From the NCBI RefSeq assembly GCF_009914755.1, contig NC_060937.1: a stretch of 64,000 bases of DNA, one strand, 5' to 3'. The position numbers and the translations under genes are program-made. Positions within the stretch are counted from its first letter, which is position 1, and each line of letters starts with the position of its first letter. Of the stretch, positions 15,409 to 30,715 are shown piece after piece. The notes under the pieces are model-generated. The model was given only the letters and a program-made list of their open reading frames with translations, was not told the origin of the DNA and did not search any database. The stretch comes from the human T2T-CHM13v2.0 reference genome, Homo sapiens.

Positions 15409-15639
15409 TTGAACTAACAGAAGCAGAGAGTAGAATAATGGTTGCCAAAGGCTGGCAGAGCTGGAGGTGTTGGTCAAAGGGTACAAATTTTCAGTTATAA
15501 GATGAACAAGTTCTGAAGATTTAAGGTGCAGCATGGGTGGTCATGGATTTGTTTATCCATTCTATTATGGTCATCATTACTCAACGAAAATGCATGTCAA
15601 ATCACATTGTATACATTAAATATATTTGATCTTCATTTG
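15409..15639 (+). mobile_element. L1M (MA/MB-type) 3' end
   Basis: agaagcagagagtagaataatggttgcc...ggtcaaagggtacaaattttcagttataagatgaacaagttctg. Confidence 0.8.
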
Positions 15640-15641
15640 TA

Positions 15642-16869
15642 TGAGGTTGGTGCAAACGTAACTGCGGTTTTTGCATTGTTGAAATTTGCCATTTGGTACT
15701 GAAATACATTCTTAAATAAATGTGGTTATGTTATACATCATTTTAATGTACATTTCTTGCTTTTTTTGCTAATGACTTATTACTTGCTGTTTAGACTATG
15801 AAAATGATGTTAGAGAAAATGCAAATTCAAGCGATTTTCTTATTCGAATTCAAAATGGGTCTTAAAGCAGCAGAGACAACTCTCAACATTGACAACATAT
15901 TTGGCCAAGGAACTGCTCATGAACTTACCATGCAGAAGTTTTGCAAAGGAGATGAGAGCCTTGAAGATGAGGAGAGTAGTGACCAGCCATTGGAAGTTGA
16001 CAATGACCAACTGAGAGCAATCATCGAAGCTGATTCTCTTACAACTACATGAGAAGTTGCGAAGAACTCAACGTCGACCACTCTAGGGTCAGCATTTGAA
16101 GGAAATTGGAAGAGTGAAAAAGGGTGCCTCATGAGCTAAGTGAAAATAAAAAAATCATCGTTTTGAAATGTCATCTTCTCTTATTCTACACAACAACAAA
16201 CCATTTCTCGATTGGATTGTGAGGTGCGGCAAAATGTGGATTTTATATGACAACTGGCAATGACCAGCTCAGTGGCTGGACCAAGTAGAAGCACCAAAGC
16301 ATTTTAAGCTAAACTTGCACCAAAAAAAGGTATGGTCACTGTTTGGTGGTCTGCTGCTGGTCTGATCCACTACGGCTTTCTGAATCCTGGTGGAACTATT
16401 ACATCTGAGAAATATGCTCAGCAAATCGGTGAGATGCGCTGAAAACTGCAACACCTGCAGCAGCAGTGGTCAACAGAAAGTGCCCAGTTATTCTCCATGG
16501 CAATGCCCGACTGTAGATTGCACAACCAGCACTTCCAAAGTTGAACAAATTGGCCTACGAAGATTTGCCTCATCTGCCATATTCACCTGACCTCTCGCCA
16601 ACCAACTACCACTTACTTCTTCAAGCATTTCAACAACTTTTTGCAGGGAAAACGTTTCCACAGCCAGCAAGATGCAGAAAATGCTTTCCAAGAGTTTGTC
16701 GAATCCCAAAGCACAGTTTTTTATGCTACAATATAAACAAACTTATTTCCTATTGGCAAAAATGTGTTGATTGTAATGGTTCCTATTTTGATTAATAAAT
16801 ATGTGTTTAAGCCTAGTTATAATGATTTTAAAATTCACGGTCCGAAACCGCAATTTTGCACCAATTTAA
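15642..16869 (+). mobile_element. Near-full-length Hsmar1 mariner transposon
   Basis: Left TIR tgaggttggtgcaaacgtaactgcggtttt; right TIR aaaccgcaattttgcaccaatttaa (4-bp deletion); TA duplications at 15640-15641 and 16870-16871. Confidence 0.97.
15798..16795 (+). pseudogene. Decayed Hsmar1 transposase (stops and frameshifts)
   Basis: MKMMLEKMQIQAIFLFEFKMG N-terminus, VPHEL motif near 16123, YSPDLSPTNYH motif, C-terminal WQKCVDCNGSYFD*. Confidence 0.95.
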
Positions 16870-18553
16870 TAAATTTTTTATAAAAAGAAATGATGAAAAC
16901 TTAGACTATGTGGGTGGGAGGGAGCAGAGGAGGACAAGAGGTTGGATGCTGGGTTCATTTAAGATGGAGTCGGCAGGACCAGCCAAATTGCCCCCCTGCA
17001 GCAGCCACTGCAGGTGGTCACATAAGAGAAAGGATTACAGAAAACACAATGATGATATTATAGAGACAGACTTATATGTCAAAATATAAATATTCCTGAG
17101 GAGCTACTGCAGTGGTGATAAGGAATGCCAATTTAATTAGCGTTGCTGCTTGTGGCAGGTATATCCAGAAGTGTGCTTCAGCAGCACAGAGCCCTGTGAC
17201 TTTGCTTTTATCTCCTGGAGAGCTTGAAGTTCTTCCTGCTCCCATTGGCCAAAAAGTTTCTCATCCTCCCTGTACTTTCCTCCCTGGGAAGTCATCACCA
17301 TGATAGCACACACATGAAGGCCAGTCTTTGTGACCGTGGTGAAGAAAACAACTCTCCCCTGATGGTAACTGACAAGGGTGCAATCTGTCCAGGCAGGTGG
17401 TTATAGGAAGTAAAATAGAGTCTAGTTTGGTTCCAGTGACTCAGATCCCAAGGCGTGGAGGACTCTGTCCAGCCTCACGAGTCAGGTCTGTTTTTACCAA
17501 CTGATTTCTGCTGGACTCCTGCAAAGTCTGTATTCTTGAGTCCCACTCTTCTTCCCATTCCAAGCCAAGCTATTCTTCCTGAATACCAGAGCAGTGTTTC
17601 TGCTGGGCTCTCGATTCTAGTCCCAGGTCTGACAGAGCTCCCAGTTAAACGTCTCTGACCCAAAAAATAGGTCTCTTCTGATGCTCAGCTTTCATGGAAA
17701 TAAAAATTAAGTCTCCCTTTTGGAACTGTCTTCTGTTTTCTACCTGTATTCCCCTTTAAGCTGTTGTTCACTAGACTCTAAGCCATGTGGTTTTTCCTGG
17801 AGGAATACAAAGAGTATCTTTTGTTTACTCATTAAAATGTAACCCTTAATAATCAGTGACAGCCATTTAACAGACATACACAATGTACCATGTGCTGTGT
17901 CTAGATGAAAACCTGCCTAAGTAAGCCATTTGATCCACGCTTTCTGTGCAACTGGGTTTTGACCACAATAGTTCTTGGGATACTCTATTTATTATGACAA
18001 CACCTAGAGGGCTTCTTTAACTTGAACCTTTGCAAAAATAACAAAAGGATTAAAAATTACTGGGTCTAGAGAAGGCATAGAAATGAATTAAAAACAAAAA
18101 CTTGGTGAAAAATCACAAATACAAAAGTAATGCATCCTCATTAGAAAAATGTGAAAAGACATAAAGCCAGAAAAACAAATCCCACCCCTAACCTTTCCAA
18201 CCCCTACCACCAATCCCCACCCCTGTTAGTATTGTTTTCTACATTTCTTTTAGATATTAGAACTCATACTAGATATAAAATTTGAAATCTTGACTTTTTT
18301 TTTCACTAGCATAGACACTTTACCAGCATCACAATTCTTTGTAAATATCATACTGAATGGCTACATATTTTTCCATTATAAGGCTATGTCACAACACGTA
18401 GGTTTAAAAAAAAAAAAAAAAACTCTCCCCATTTAACATTTTTACCCAAGTTGGAATAAGTACTTGAATATGACCTTCAAATCCCCTTTCTTACTAAACT
18501 CAGCTTCTTGGGAAACTCATAAAAAGCAATTGCCCAAAGTCCAGGTATATTCA

Positions 18554-18885
<332 letters not shown>

Positions 18886-21417
18886 AGAAAAAGTCCATAA
18901 CTTGCGCAAATATTTCTTAAATACAGCTGAATGTATTTTAAATGTTCATTTACTTTCTTACTTCTGAGAATTCCAGCTCAATCTAATATCATTTAGAGCC
19001 CAGGACTTTGGGCTCTTGGCAATTGACACAAATGTATATTTTGAATATATATACAATAGTACGAATACATTTATATAATTGGTGATTTATGCTTCAACCT
19101 CTAAAAATCCTTCATGCCATGTATCATTTTTTTCAACTGAAGTGTGTTAAACTTTATTTAGGGTTGTTTGTTGAAGGAATTTCACAATATTTTGAAGTAG
19201 CTGGAGGCAACCTGAAATATTACAAACTAGGGTCCTGAAACTATCATGAAAGTGATGTTTGTATTATGTCTTACATGTCAGGAACAACATTCCTCTTCTG
19301 TTTTGATGGAGCAACAGTTTTGAGGAAACAATGGGGGAAAATGTCATTGTTTGCCTGTCTGATTTGAAAGTCTCATTTTCATGGAATGAAATCCATTTAA
19401 ATGTCATTATAAAGCAGTTTTTAGTTATTACATTCTAGTGATGGAGGAGTTTGTAATGTATTCATAGAAATAATTAAATGTTCATAATAGTGCTCTTGTT
19501 CACGATTTCTGAAAACAGCATTCTTTTAAACTATAAAAGCTCAGAACTCTCCTATTATCTTTGATTGATCCCCTGAAATGCCCACTCGCTCAATTTCAAG
19601 CAGTAAAGCACACTGAGGATTTAGAGAACCCAAAGGAAAGTTCAAAGAGGTTGATTGAGCTGAGCAGTTAGAATTGGAGGTTTCCTTTTGAAAATGCATC
19701 ACCTTGAAGAACATTCAGCTAAAAATCTTGAAAAAAATTTAGATAGCCGGAGGGCCAGAGCATTTAGGTGGGATAGATTTTCCCCCCTAATTTTTACACG
19801 GCTTGGCATAGAGTCCCAGAAAGGAATTCTTAAAGCACATAGGGTCTAGGCCACCAAATTAGCACAGTTCCTATCCCTGGGGAGTTGACTTTAAATTTAT
19901 CCTGTCTTGGTTTCAGGAAGGAAAATTCTTTTTCTGCAAAACCTGCCCCCACTCCCGCCATCAGATTTCCTCGATTTGTAGAAACTGTATCAGCATTTTG
20001 TGAAGGAAAAAGAGCTCTGAAACAAAGGGCTACGTTTGCTTTGAAGGTCTGGCAGGGACAAAGCAGGATTCTTTTCCTCCCTGGAGGATCAAATGGCAGC
20101 AATATAAGATGGAACCATGTGAGTGAGGAGCACAAAGGATAAATTTAAAGGACACAGTTCAGCCTTTCTCAAGAGGAAGAAGGTCTTATTTTTAGTTTTG
20201 TATTCTCCAGGTCAGCAAAACATGCTTCTCCTACTGATTTTGTCCTTTTCCATCCAAGTGGTTTTGATTTACAACACCAACTTGGATACTTGCTTGCTCT
20301 GCCTACGTATCTCTTCGTGCTAGATTCATCTACTCTTGTTGCTACCACTTTAGAAACAGAAGCAGTGGCAGGTTTGCTCTTCTTGTTTCAGCGATGTGGA
20401 ATATTGGATTTTTGTTTGTTTGTTTTCTTAGGGTGTAACCTCCCAAACATCCTGGTAAATTTAAAGAGAAAATAAAAGGTATGCAAACTGTGGCTATGCT
20501 CCAATCTTGGCCATATTGCTTTGAGGCACAGTCTGCTCAGCCCACCTCCATACCTTACATTCCCTTCCACTGACACCAAATTACTCTTTACACATTAATC
20601 AGCAATGCTGCCAAAATAAGAGTCCAATTAGAGCATTCTTTCTTGATTGTTTTATTCTTTAAATTAACACTAAGCCAAAAGACCAACCCTCAGATGAGCA
20701 AATAAAGATCTAACTGCTTTAAGCAAACCTGATGGATTAAATTCCAGATTTGCAAAACCCATGCATTAGGAAGTAATTATTGGCTTTGTAAGAGAATCCT
20801 TCACTTTGCAAAGGAGCAACTAAAGGATTTATTTGAAAGCGCTATTGCATTTAAAATAATTTGGCTTACCTACATTTAATTTATACCAAGAGTCCTTCTA
20901 CTGGTAAAGCTGGCAATGCCATGCAAATGGCCAAAGATTCTAACCACTTACTAAAGAAAGCCTAAAAGATACAAGCTATTGCAACTTTTACAGAGATCAA
21001 CTGGCTCAGCAGCAGCTTCTTTAAGAATGACTGAAAAGCAGACATCCACTACATATGCACTCAAACATCTCAGCTTTGGAGAGGCAGAATGGTTTATCAG
21101 CCAATGAAGACCTGTTTGACGTGGGAAGATAATTATAAATTGCTAACCTGAGATCTTGGCCGAAATAATATGGTTACTAAAGTACGTAAAGGAGAATTTA
21201 TTCTAATTCAGAATCTTGAGATAGGTGAAGAGTTATAGGGAGGGTCCAGTAGAATTTAAAAATTGAATGTTTTCAAATAGTTCCCAATGTGCATTTCAAC
21301 TCATCTAAATGGGAAAACACAGGATGAGTGAGTTAATGAAAAATTGGGGATGTTCAGTAAACCTGTATCACTGCAGATTACAACTTAATTACACAGTTTT
21401 GTTAAAAATAGTAAATC

Positions 21418-21690
<273 letters not shown>

Positions 21691-23523
21691 TTATTACACG
21701 CAAGTTATAAATTAATGGACCTGCACAATTTAAACCAAGGTTTAAAGGTAAATTTTATTTAAATATAGAATTAGAAGTAAAATCATACTTCTTTTAGACT
21801 GGATTTTTTTTCCTACTGGCAAAAATTTTACATTTGCAAAGGGACAAATTATTTTGAACTCATGCGTAATTAAATATTGACTTCAGTGCATCTAAATTAT
21901 TGCTCATTTTATAAAAAGATTAGAATTAGACATTACATATACATAATACGGCTTGGAAGTAAAATTAAAACCTTATTTCATGTTCACTTATTTCCCTCTA
22001 ATAGCTTTTTAGTGGAAGTAACTCTCTTTCCTTCCCGTCCTTGCATCCTGGATTTGGCTGGAGAAGAAGACATTTGCAGGTCATCCCTATGCTGTCACCT
22101 GAGTGGCTTTCCCACTTGTAGGGAAGTAAGAAGGGGCACACATCAGAGTCCTTTTCCTTTTAACCAGTGCTGAATGCCTCAAAACTGAGAATTCACAAAA
22201 GACCTGCAACAGGATTAAGTTCTGACCTAAATAACTGCCTTTAGCAGTTCTGCATACTGTCTCTGAAGGTGGCATGGCTCACACATCCCCCACTGGACCT
22301 GCCCTGTTCTTATACCTCTCTACCCACCTAATTTCTTACTCACCTGAGCTCTATTTTTAGACATGTAGGTCATTATTTCAAGGACTGATTTATAGCGTGA
22401 CATCATTGTTAATTATCTTCCGTTGGCATTGTTCTGTGATTGTTTCATCCATTCTGCCTTGTCTCCCACAAGACTACCAGTTAATTGTGGCAGTCACGGC
22501 ACGAGATGCCTTGTCCTCCCCGACAACGCCTAGGAGAGTGCTGACAGCCAACCAGTGTTCTTCCAGTTCTCAACTGTGTGTGTGTCCAGGGACTCTGAGC
22601 TCAAGGTTCATTCTGATTTGGTGAGATTACTAGGTAAGGGCTTAGAACAACAACCGTAATTATATAGCAAGGGACACTTCTTAAAGTGAAAATAAGAAGA
22701 GAGGAAAGTAGCTTAAGACATATATATATGCTTTTTATTGTGGGTAACTTATTTTAATTTTTTTAACACATTTCCTACCAGGAGTCTATTGTTGTAAATA
22801 GCAGTGGCATGAAAGAGAAAGGGAGAAGGAAGAGGATGATAAGATAAAGGGCGAGGAAAGGAAAGATAAAGGGTTTAGCATGAAGTTACTTGCCTCCCTA
22901 ATTTCCAAGGCCAGTCCTGCATTTCAAGGCATTGCTATCTTTAAGGAAGTTGGTTTACAATTACATGTCTTTCATAAGCTGTTGCTTTGGGGTCCAGGGC
23001 ATAGGTTCAAATTACTCTATTTCTACCGGAAGTGAGACCAATGGGAGCCAAGCAAAAGTGCATATTTATTCAGGCAGTATTTGATGAGCCAGGCAGTCTC
23101 CTGAACTCCTTTATTATATATTTCCCTGCCTGTTAGCTGGCTATAAGTTATAAGATGTTAAAGAAAAGCCCACTAGAATATGCTACGGAAATAACAACAA
23201 ACCATCACCTTTTCACCAATTATTAGCAGATTTGGATTTGATGATGGAGAAGTAAGAAAGATGATATGTGTCAGTCAATGGTAGCCCCATAATTTCCATA
23301 TAGAAGGGCATTGGGGGGTGGAGGGTCACAATTTTCTTGGAAGGACCAGGAGTCGGGCGATGTCCACAAGTGGTGTTTTCATATGGAGCACATCGTTTTT
23401 ACTTAGATTGTATGCTTATTTGGAGTGGTTGAGGGCTAGCTGATGCAGACTACAGGAGCAACCTAAGATTTTAACGCACATTGTTATGTTAGATATGGGG
23501 GTCTTTTTAAAACACCATTTCTA

Positions 23524-23543
23524 TAGGTTGGTGCAAAAGTAAT
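23524..23543 (+). mobile_element. Isolated Hsmar1/MADE1 TIR fragment
   Basis: taggttggtgcaaaagtaat matches the start of the Hsmar1 TIR (compare 15644-15663). Confidence 0.8.
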
Positions 23544-24199
23544 ACTTTCTATAGAAAGCAAAATTTAAAAATATATCACTTCTGAAAAATTGGAAAGTTT
23601 TCAAACTGTCAATTTCCATACTTCCTCCTCCCACCAGTCTCCATGTATTTTATTTTGAACATCATTGGTATGGTTTTGCACTAGCAAGCAATATAAGGAG
23701 AAAGCTAAGTATCTGGAAATCCTAATTCAATCTGACATGCTATGTGTGTAAACTTGGAGTTGCCTGACAGTCTGCAGAACTGTATTTCTTATATCAAATG
23801 TCAATAAGACTGCCTATTTAAAAATCCCTCCATAATTACCTGCCAGAGTGCCCATGTTAGTCATTCCTTGGGTTAGTCACTCAAGCCCCTGTTAGGATGC
23901 TATGTTGGAATAAGAACACCCATTATTTCCTGTTAATAACTTAATATATGTTTTATTATCACATTGCCTAGCCAGTCACTGCCAGATCCCGAAGCAATGG
24001 GATATAGGATGTGTAAATCTGGATAGAAGACAAGCGATTAGAAAATTGCAAAGCAGCGAGCTGCAAGGGAGGGTATCCATGTAGAGGGGACAGAGGGCAT
24101 CAGAGAGTCAGGGGGCTTGGGAGAAGGATCAAAGGAGAAGGCCCAGAAGATGAAAACCCAATTCATCCAGTCACTATTTTGACTATGGCCAGTTGCATG

Positions 24200-24996
<797 letters not shown>

Positions 24997-26184
24997 TTAC
25001 AGCCCCCATCTGAGCTGGTCCCACTGTTGGGGATCACCATACTTCATCATTTCTACTGATTTTAGCCAGTGCTGGCCAGAAATCTATGATTTGTGTCATT
25101 GAGGAGCAAGACTAGGGAGCCTATGAATGACTAGCAGAGGTGACAGGGTGCCAGGGGGAGCCAGGACGCACAGGGACGTGGCAGTCAGTGGTGGGGAGAG
25201 GGCCAGGATCCCTGGGAGACTGAGAAAAGAAGCAACACCCCGGCAACCTCCTGGAGTTTGACTAGGCGGGGTTACCCTGGGAACCCAGAAACTCAGGACA
25301 GGGAGGGGGACTTTGCTGCAGATCAGGATCTACCTCAGACCTTAGGGTGAAAGCAAGTGAAACACTGGCTCCAAACAGTTAACTTCAACAAGTCTCAATT
25401 TAAAGAGAAGTTCTTTGCATGTGTTTGGGTATTATTTGGGCAGGACGTAGAGAAGCACTTTCCATCTCATGAGAAAATGTATCTGTTCTCTGCTTGGGAA
25501 ACCTGATGGTGGTTTAATTATCCCCAATTGAATATTAGCAGCAGGTGAGGTTTGAACTGCTCCTCTTTTAACTCTGCCAGGTATTAACATCAAAGCCTCC
25601 TTGGACTTTGTTACTGTGTTCCACACGCTGGCTTTTCCACTCCGCTCTCTTTCTTCCTTTTATGCCTAAAAACTGAAGACATGGAGTTATTTCAAAGTTA
25701 TGATCTAAAAAATTAGCGTTCTTATGGTAACAATAATTTATTTCCCCATTTTCTATGTCCTATTCTAAGATTTTGCAATCAGCAGGATAATTGGAAATTT
25801 AAAATACCATGGTCAATATGACCAATTTAATGGATTTTTTTAATATGTAAAAACGTAGATGTACTAATTCTATAGCTTTTAGTTCTTTATAGCTTTGTTA
25901 TTGCCTTTGCAAGGGTTTTGTTTTAATATATGTGAGAGTTTATAATAGTCATGCCTACAAACATCAATTTTACTCGTGTTTTACAGTAACAAGCAAGCAT
26001 TCAAAAGATAAGATTAGCACTTTACAATATACATGATTGAAAGAATGTTGGTGATGTGAATAATATTATTTGCACTTAATGGCTTTTGTTTCCATTATCA
26101 GAGGACATGGATTATTACTTTTGCAGCTGTAGGTAGTATATTTCTAGTAGGACAGTGCCTTGGGCACAGCATGTGGTAGGCTAC

Positions 26185-26600
26185 AGAGATTGCTAGGTGT
26201 CTACCCCACTGTCCATTCTAGACTCTTACTTTTGTATCAGAAGCCTGAGGGGGAAAGGATGAAATTTCCCAGCCTCTTTTGCAGCTAGGTGCAGCCAAGG
26301 ACTAAATCCTGCCCAGTGAGATTAAGAGGAAGCCTCCTAAACGAGTGAGGGAATGCTCTTCTTTCCTTTTCTTTCTTCCTGTCACCTGGAATGCAGATCT
26401 TAGGTCAGGAAGTAAGGCACTAAGGTTAGTGAAACAGCAAAGTGGAAGCAGCCTGGATTCTAGAAGACCGGGAGCTGTCTGTATTAGTCCTGAAGGCCAA
26501 CTCTGGCTTTTCAGCTGAGAGGGAAATTGTCTGTCTTGTGTAGGCTACTATTATTTAGGCTTCCCTCAATTAGGCACCCAGGATGAATTCTAACTGATAG
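26185..26600. mobile_element. Old ERVL LTR (LTR16/LTR33-like)
   Basis: atttcccagcctcttttgcagctaggtgcagccaaggactaaatcctgcccagtgag motif. Confidence 0.55.
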
Positions 26601-26702
26601 ACTGAGATTCAGGAACTTGGAACGGAGGATGCAAATCAGAGGTAGCAAGGGGCCAGAAGTCTTCTATTCTAGAAGTTGCAGGTCCACGTGGGAATTACAT
26701 AG

Positions 26703-27126
26703 TGTTAAATCAAACTAAATGTGGGCTTTAGAGGCCTCTGTGGAAATCCTATGTAAAGAACTGCAACCTAGCCTAGTCCATACACAAACTGAAAACCTAA
26801 TTTAGGAGTATATTCTGGTAACAAAGAGCTAAAAGTCTCAGCCAATCACAGAAGCCAAGCTTCAGTCAATTCCTTGTGGCCAAATGTTCAAACTGGGTTC
26901 CAATAAGGCAAATGCCAAGCTGAAACCAGTCCAGCTCTCTCTGTACCTCACTTCTATTTTCTGTACATCATTTCCTTTTTCCTGTCTATAAATGTTATCC
27001 AGCCACTTGGCAGTTCTACAGTCTCATTAAACCTCTCCTGGTTGTAAGAGTTGCCTGATTCTTGAGTTGTCCCTTGCTCAATTAAGCTGTGTTAAATTTA
27101 ATTTGTCTAAAGTTTTTCCTTCAACA
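26703..27126 (+). mobile_element. ERV1 solo LTR, MER57 family
   Basis: TG...CA ends (tgttaaa...tcaaca), 4-bp TSD atag/atgg, CCAAT (agccaatc) and TATA (ctataaat) motifs. Confidence 0.8.
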
Positions 27127-28160
27127 ATGGTCATCTGCCAAGCTTCTAGACCAAGGGGTATTATTCAACTTTGTTGAGACTGGACAATCTTGAGTAGGTA
27201 CACAAAAGTTGCTGTTGAATGAATAAATAAGCAAAGGAGTAAATAAAATGAAGAAGTTTTGTTTGGGGTGGCAGGTGTGGATGGAATGATTTTTGCTCAC
27301 TAAGTCAAAAAAGCATGAAAAAACTCGCTTTAGGCACTTAAAAATTAATTTTGAATTCATGATGGGTGAACATACTTCAGAGTGATTCAAATATATTAGA
27401 TTTTAATTCTAATGTATTAAAATATTATTAAAATGATCTATAATTTAACCCATCAGATATGGTAGTGAGCACTTACGGGCCCAGCATTGTATTGGGTATA
27501 TAGTGGCTAACATTTAGAAGTAGTTTCTCCTTTATGATATCTGACATATGGCAAGGCACTGCAGAGCCTTACTTCTGTTCTCACACCCAAGGGGTTGTGT
27601 TGTGGGGGTGTGGGGAGTAAGCCAAGCAACGACATCGACAATGTGTGTCTCCGTACTTAACTCTCTCTCTCAATCTGCCCTAACCAGTATAGTCCATATA
27701 CTCTCTCCCAGTATGGGGAATAAAGAAGATATCTGTAAGGCCCAAATGAATAAATTTCTAATGGTGGAATGTTAGGCATGTTGATTAATAAAAGGCACAT
27801 AAGCAGCAAACTAATATAGTCTGGCTCTGCCTAAATGGGTAGTAATAAATGTGGTACTCTACTGGTCCTAGAACAGTACGCTGCTGTGAGTTCCTAAACC
27901 TAAATCTTCTTCACTAATGATCCAACTACCCAGTGTCTTTGGAGCTCTAGATAGCCAGAATGGGGCTAATAGGCATTCAGAAGTTATGTGAAGGAACTTT
28001 GAACCATCCTGGGACTATCTCAAGAGAATGCTAACAAGATTGTTTCAGACTTTAGGGATTTCAGTTTCACACGATTTGGATTGAGGGAACTGCAGAAAGA
28101 TACTAACATCAAATTGGTCAGCCCATTGGGGTTGGGATGAGACTAAGAGTGTCTGTAAGT

Positions 28161-28667
<507 letters not shown>

Positions 28668-30395
28668 CTCTAGAATTGTTTTATTTCTAGCTATCATAAA
28701 TACTTCTGGAGAGCGAGTGCTTAAAATCATATCCAAAAGAGAATGCTGAGGTCAGCCAGGAAAAATGCTGCCAAAATGAGTGGTCATGCACGAGAGGTGA
28801 TGGCAAGGAATTTGCTGAGCGCAGAGGGCAGGCTAGGGCCAGAGAGAGACAAGGCCAAACCGAGAAGCTGAGGGCAGAGTCACCAGTAGGACACACAGGA
28901 CCATTGTGGATTTTTCATAGTTCCTGACTTATATTTGATGGTCTTGGGCTTTTTAGAAGGTCCAGCCCTAAGTCCAGAGCAAAGTGAATTAGATTGGTGA
29001 TAGAAACAGAAGAACACATGTCAGAATGCCCATTGCTAATTCAGCTGCTGATATTTAAATACCAACACACATATTTAAATAAAATTCAGCTTTTTGCTAA
29101 TATGTCATTTTTTGGTCTTTCCATAGGGTCTTTTTCCCCTGGTGTGAGAATTTTATTTGGCTATGGGAATAAAAAAAATACCAAAAAAAGAAAGCTTGCA
29201 ATTAAATCAAGGACATTTTCGGTTCAAAGTATTTTTAATTGCACCTAAATGTTTATGAGTTAACTTTCTTTAAAATAACAAAGTATGTGCAACTCTATTT
29301 TTAAAAAATTCATCAGAAAGTCCACCTGACTGTGACTGGCATTTTCTGTTGCCCTGGAGACAGGCTCAAGACTCTGCTCCATTGTTTCAACTTAATGGGA
29401 CAATACAATAGTCTAGTGTCTTTGGGATCCCGCTGTTTCCTGTGTCTTTAAATTTATCACTATAGATACTGGGTACAATTAACAAAGACTTTGGAAGGAG
29501 GAATCCTGAGAGCATTTGACATCACTGAATCATGCCTTTCTAGTTTTTCTCAATGTGAGGCTTTCTTTAGAACTGCAGAAAAAAAAAATCAGAGGAAAAC
29601 GTAACCACACAGGGAGCTGGTCTTTGAAAATCCTTAAAGTGAAAGGAGTCCTCTATAAGAATTCTTATTTCTCAGCCAAGGCTCAGAGCGGCTACATTAC
29701 TGGGGATGAGGACTTGGGGAAGAGAAAAATCATCAATGCTACTTCAGCCTTATACTTGTCAGATTAGAAGTGGTTTTTATCCTTCCCCAAAAGGCTCATA
29801 TTTATGCATATTGGCCACGTCTACACGTGGCAAGAGAGGAAAGCCTATGATTGATTATAAGTGATTATGTCATTGGAGGTGGGGTGGAGGCAAGAGAGCC
29901 AATCCTGTACATGCATAGTGTGATTAGCAGAGAAGTCGGCCTATCCAGCTGTGGTGGAGAAAAACCATTCAGGGTAAGTATTCACCACTGAGGAGAACTC
30001 TGATTTTGCTAGCCTATTTTCTGGGGTCTTACTATGTAGATCACTTGGGTAATGGATGAATCGAAAGCACATGAGAAAGGGTGGATTGATTTATACTGCA
30101 AAGGGCAGAGACTCACACTATGCTAATCCCCAACCCCGCTCCCATTACTGTAGATTGAATCAGAAATCTCTGCAATTGAGGCAAAGCTGTTTTTGCATTG
30201 GAAGAGCCCCTCAAATTATTATTATATTAATTCCCAGTAAAGGGCCATTGCCCTACTGGATGCAACCATGGACTAAGTCAGATTTGAAGGTCTATTCAAA
30301 TAGGCCTTCAAATGTATGTATAAGAGAAGGTAGGACAACAGTGTGTATAGGGGTCAGGTGCAAGGGATTTGGCAGTCAGAGATCACAAAGAGTAG

Positions 30396-30705
30396 CCGCA
30401 GGTGCAGTGGCTCATGCCTGTAATCCCAACACTTTGGGAAGCCCAGGAGGGAAGAACATTTGAAGCCAGAATTTCAAGACCAGCCTCGGCAATGTATTGA
30501 AACCCCCATCTCTAAACAAAACAAAACAAAAAAATTAGCTGGGCACTGTGGTGAGCACCTATAGTCCCAGCAACTTGAGAGGCTGAGGTGGGAGAATCAC
30601 TTGAGCCGGGGAGGCCCAGTGGTGATCCTGCCACTGCACTCCAGCCTGGGCAACAGAGCAAAACTCTGTCCAAAAAAAAAAAAAAGAAAAAAGAAAAGAA
30701 AAAAA
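30396..30705 (+). mobile_element. AluJ with small right-arm deletion
   Basis: Alu motifs; aaagagtagc/aaaaagtagc flanking repeat. Confidence 0.93.
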
Positions 30706-30715
30706 GTAGCTATAG

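Noticed and set aside
15798-16795. Possible active or domesticated transposase (SETMAR exon)
   Set aside because: Multiple stops, frameshifts and deletions; both TIRs present; no SET-domain exons in the window
16986-17020. CTCF-like motifs beside the Hsmar1 right end
   Set aside because: Several core mismatches in each; not distinguishable from chance without ChIP data
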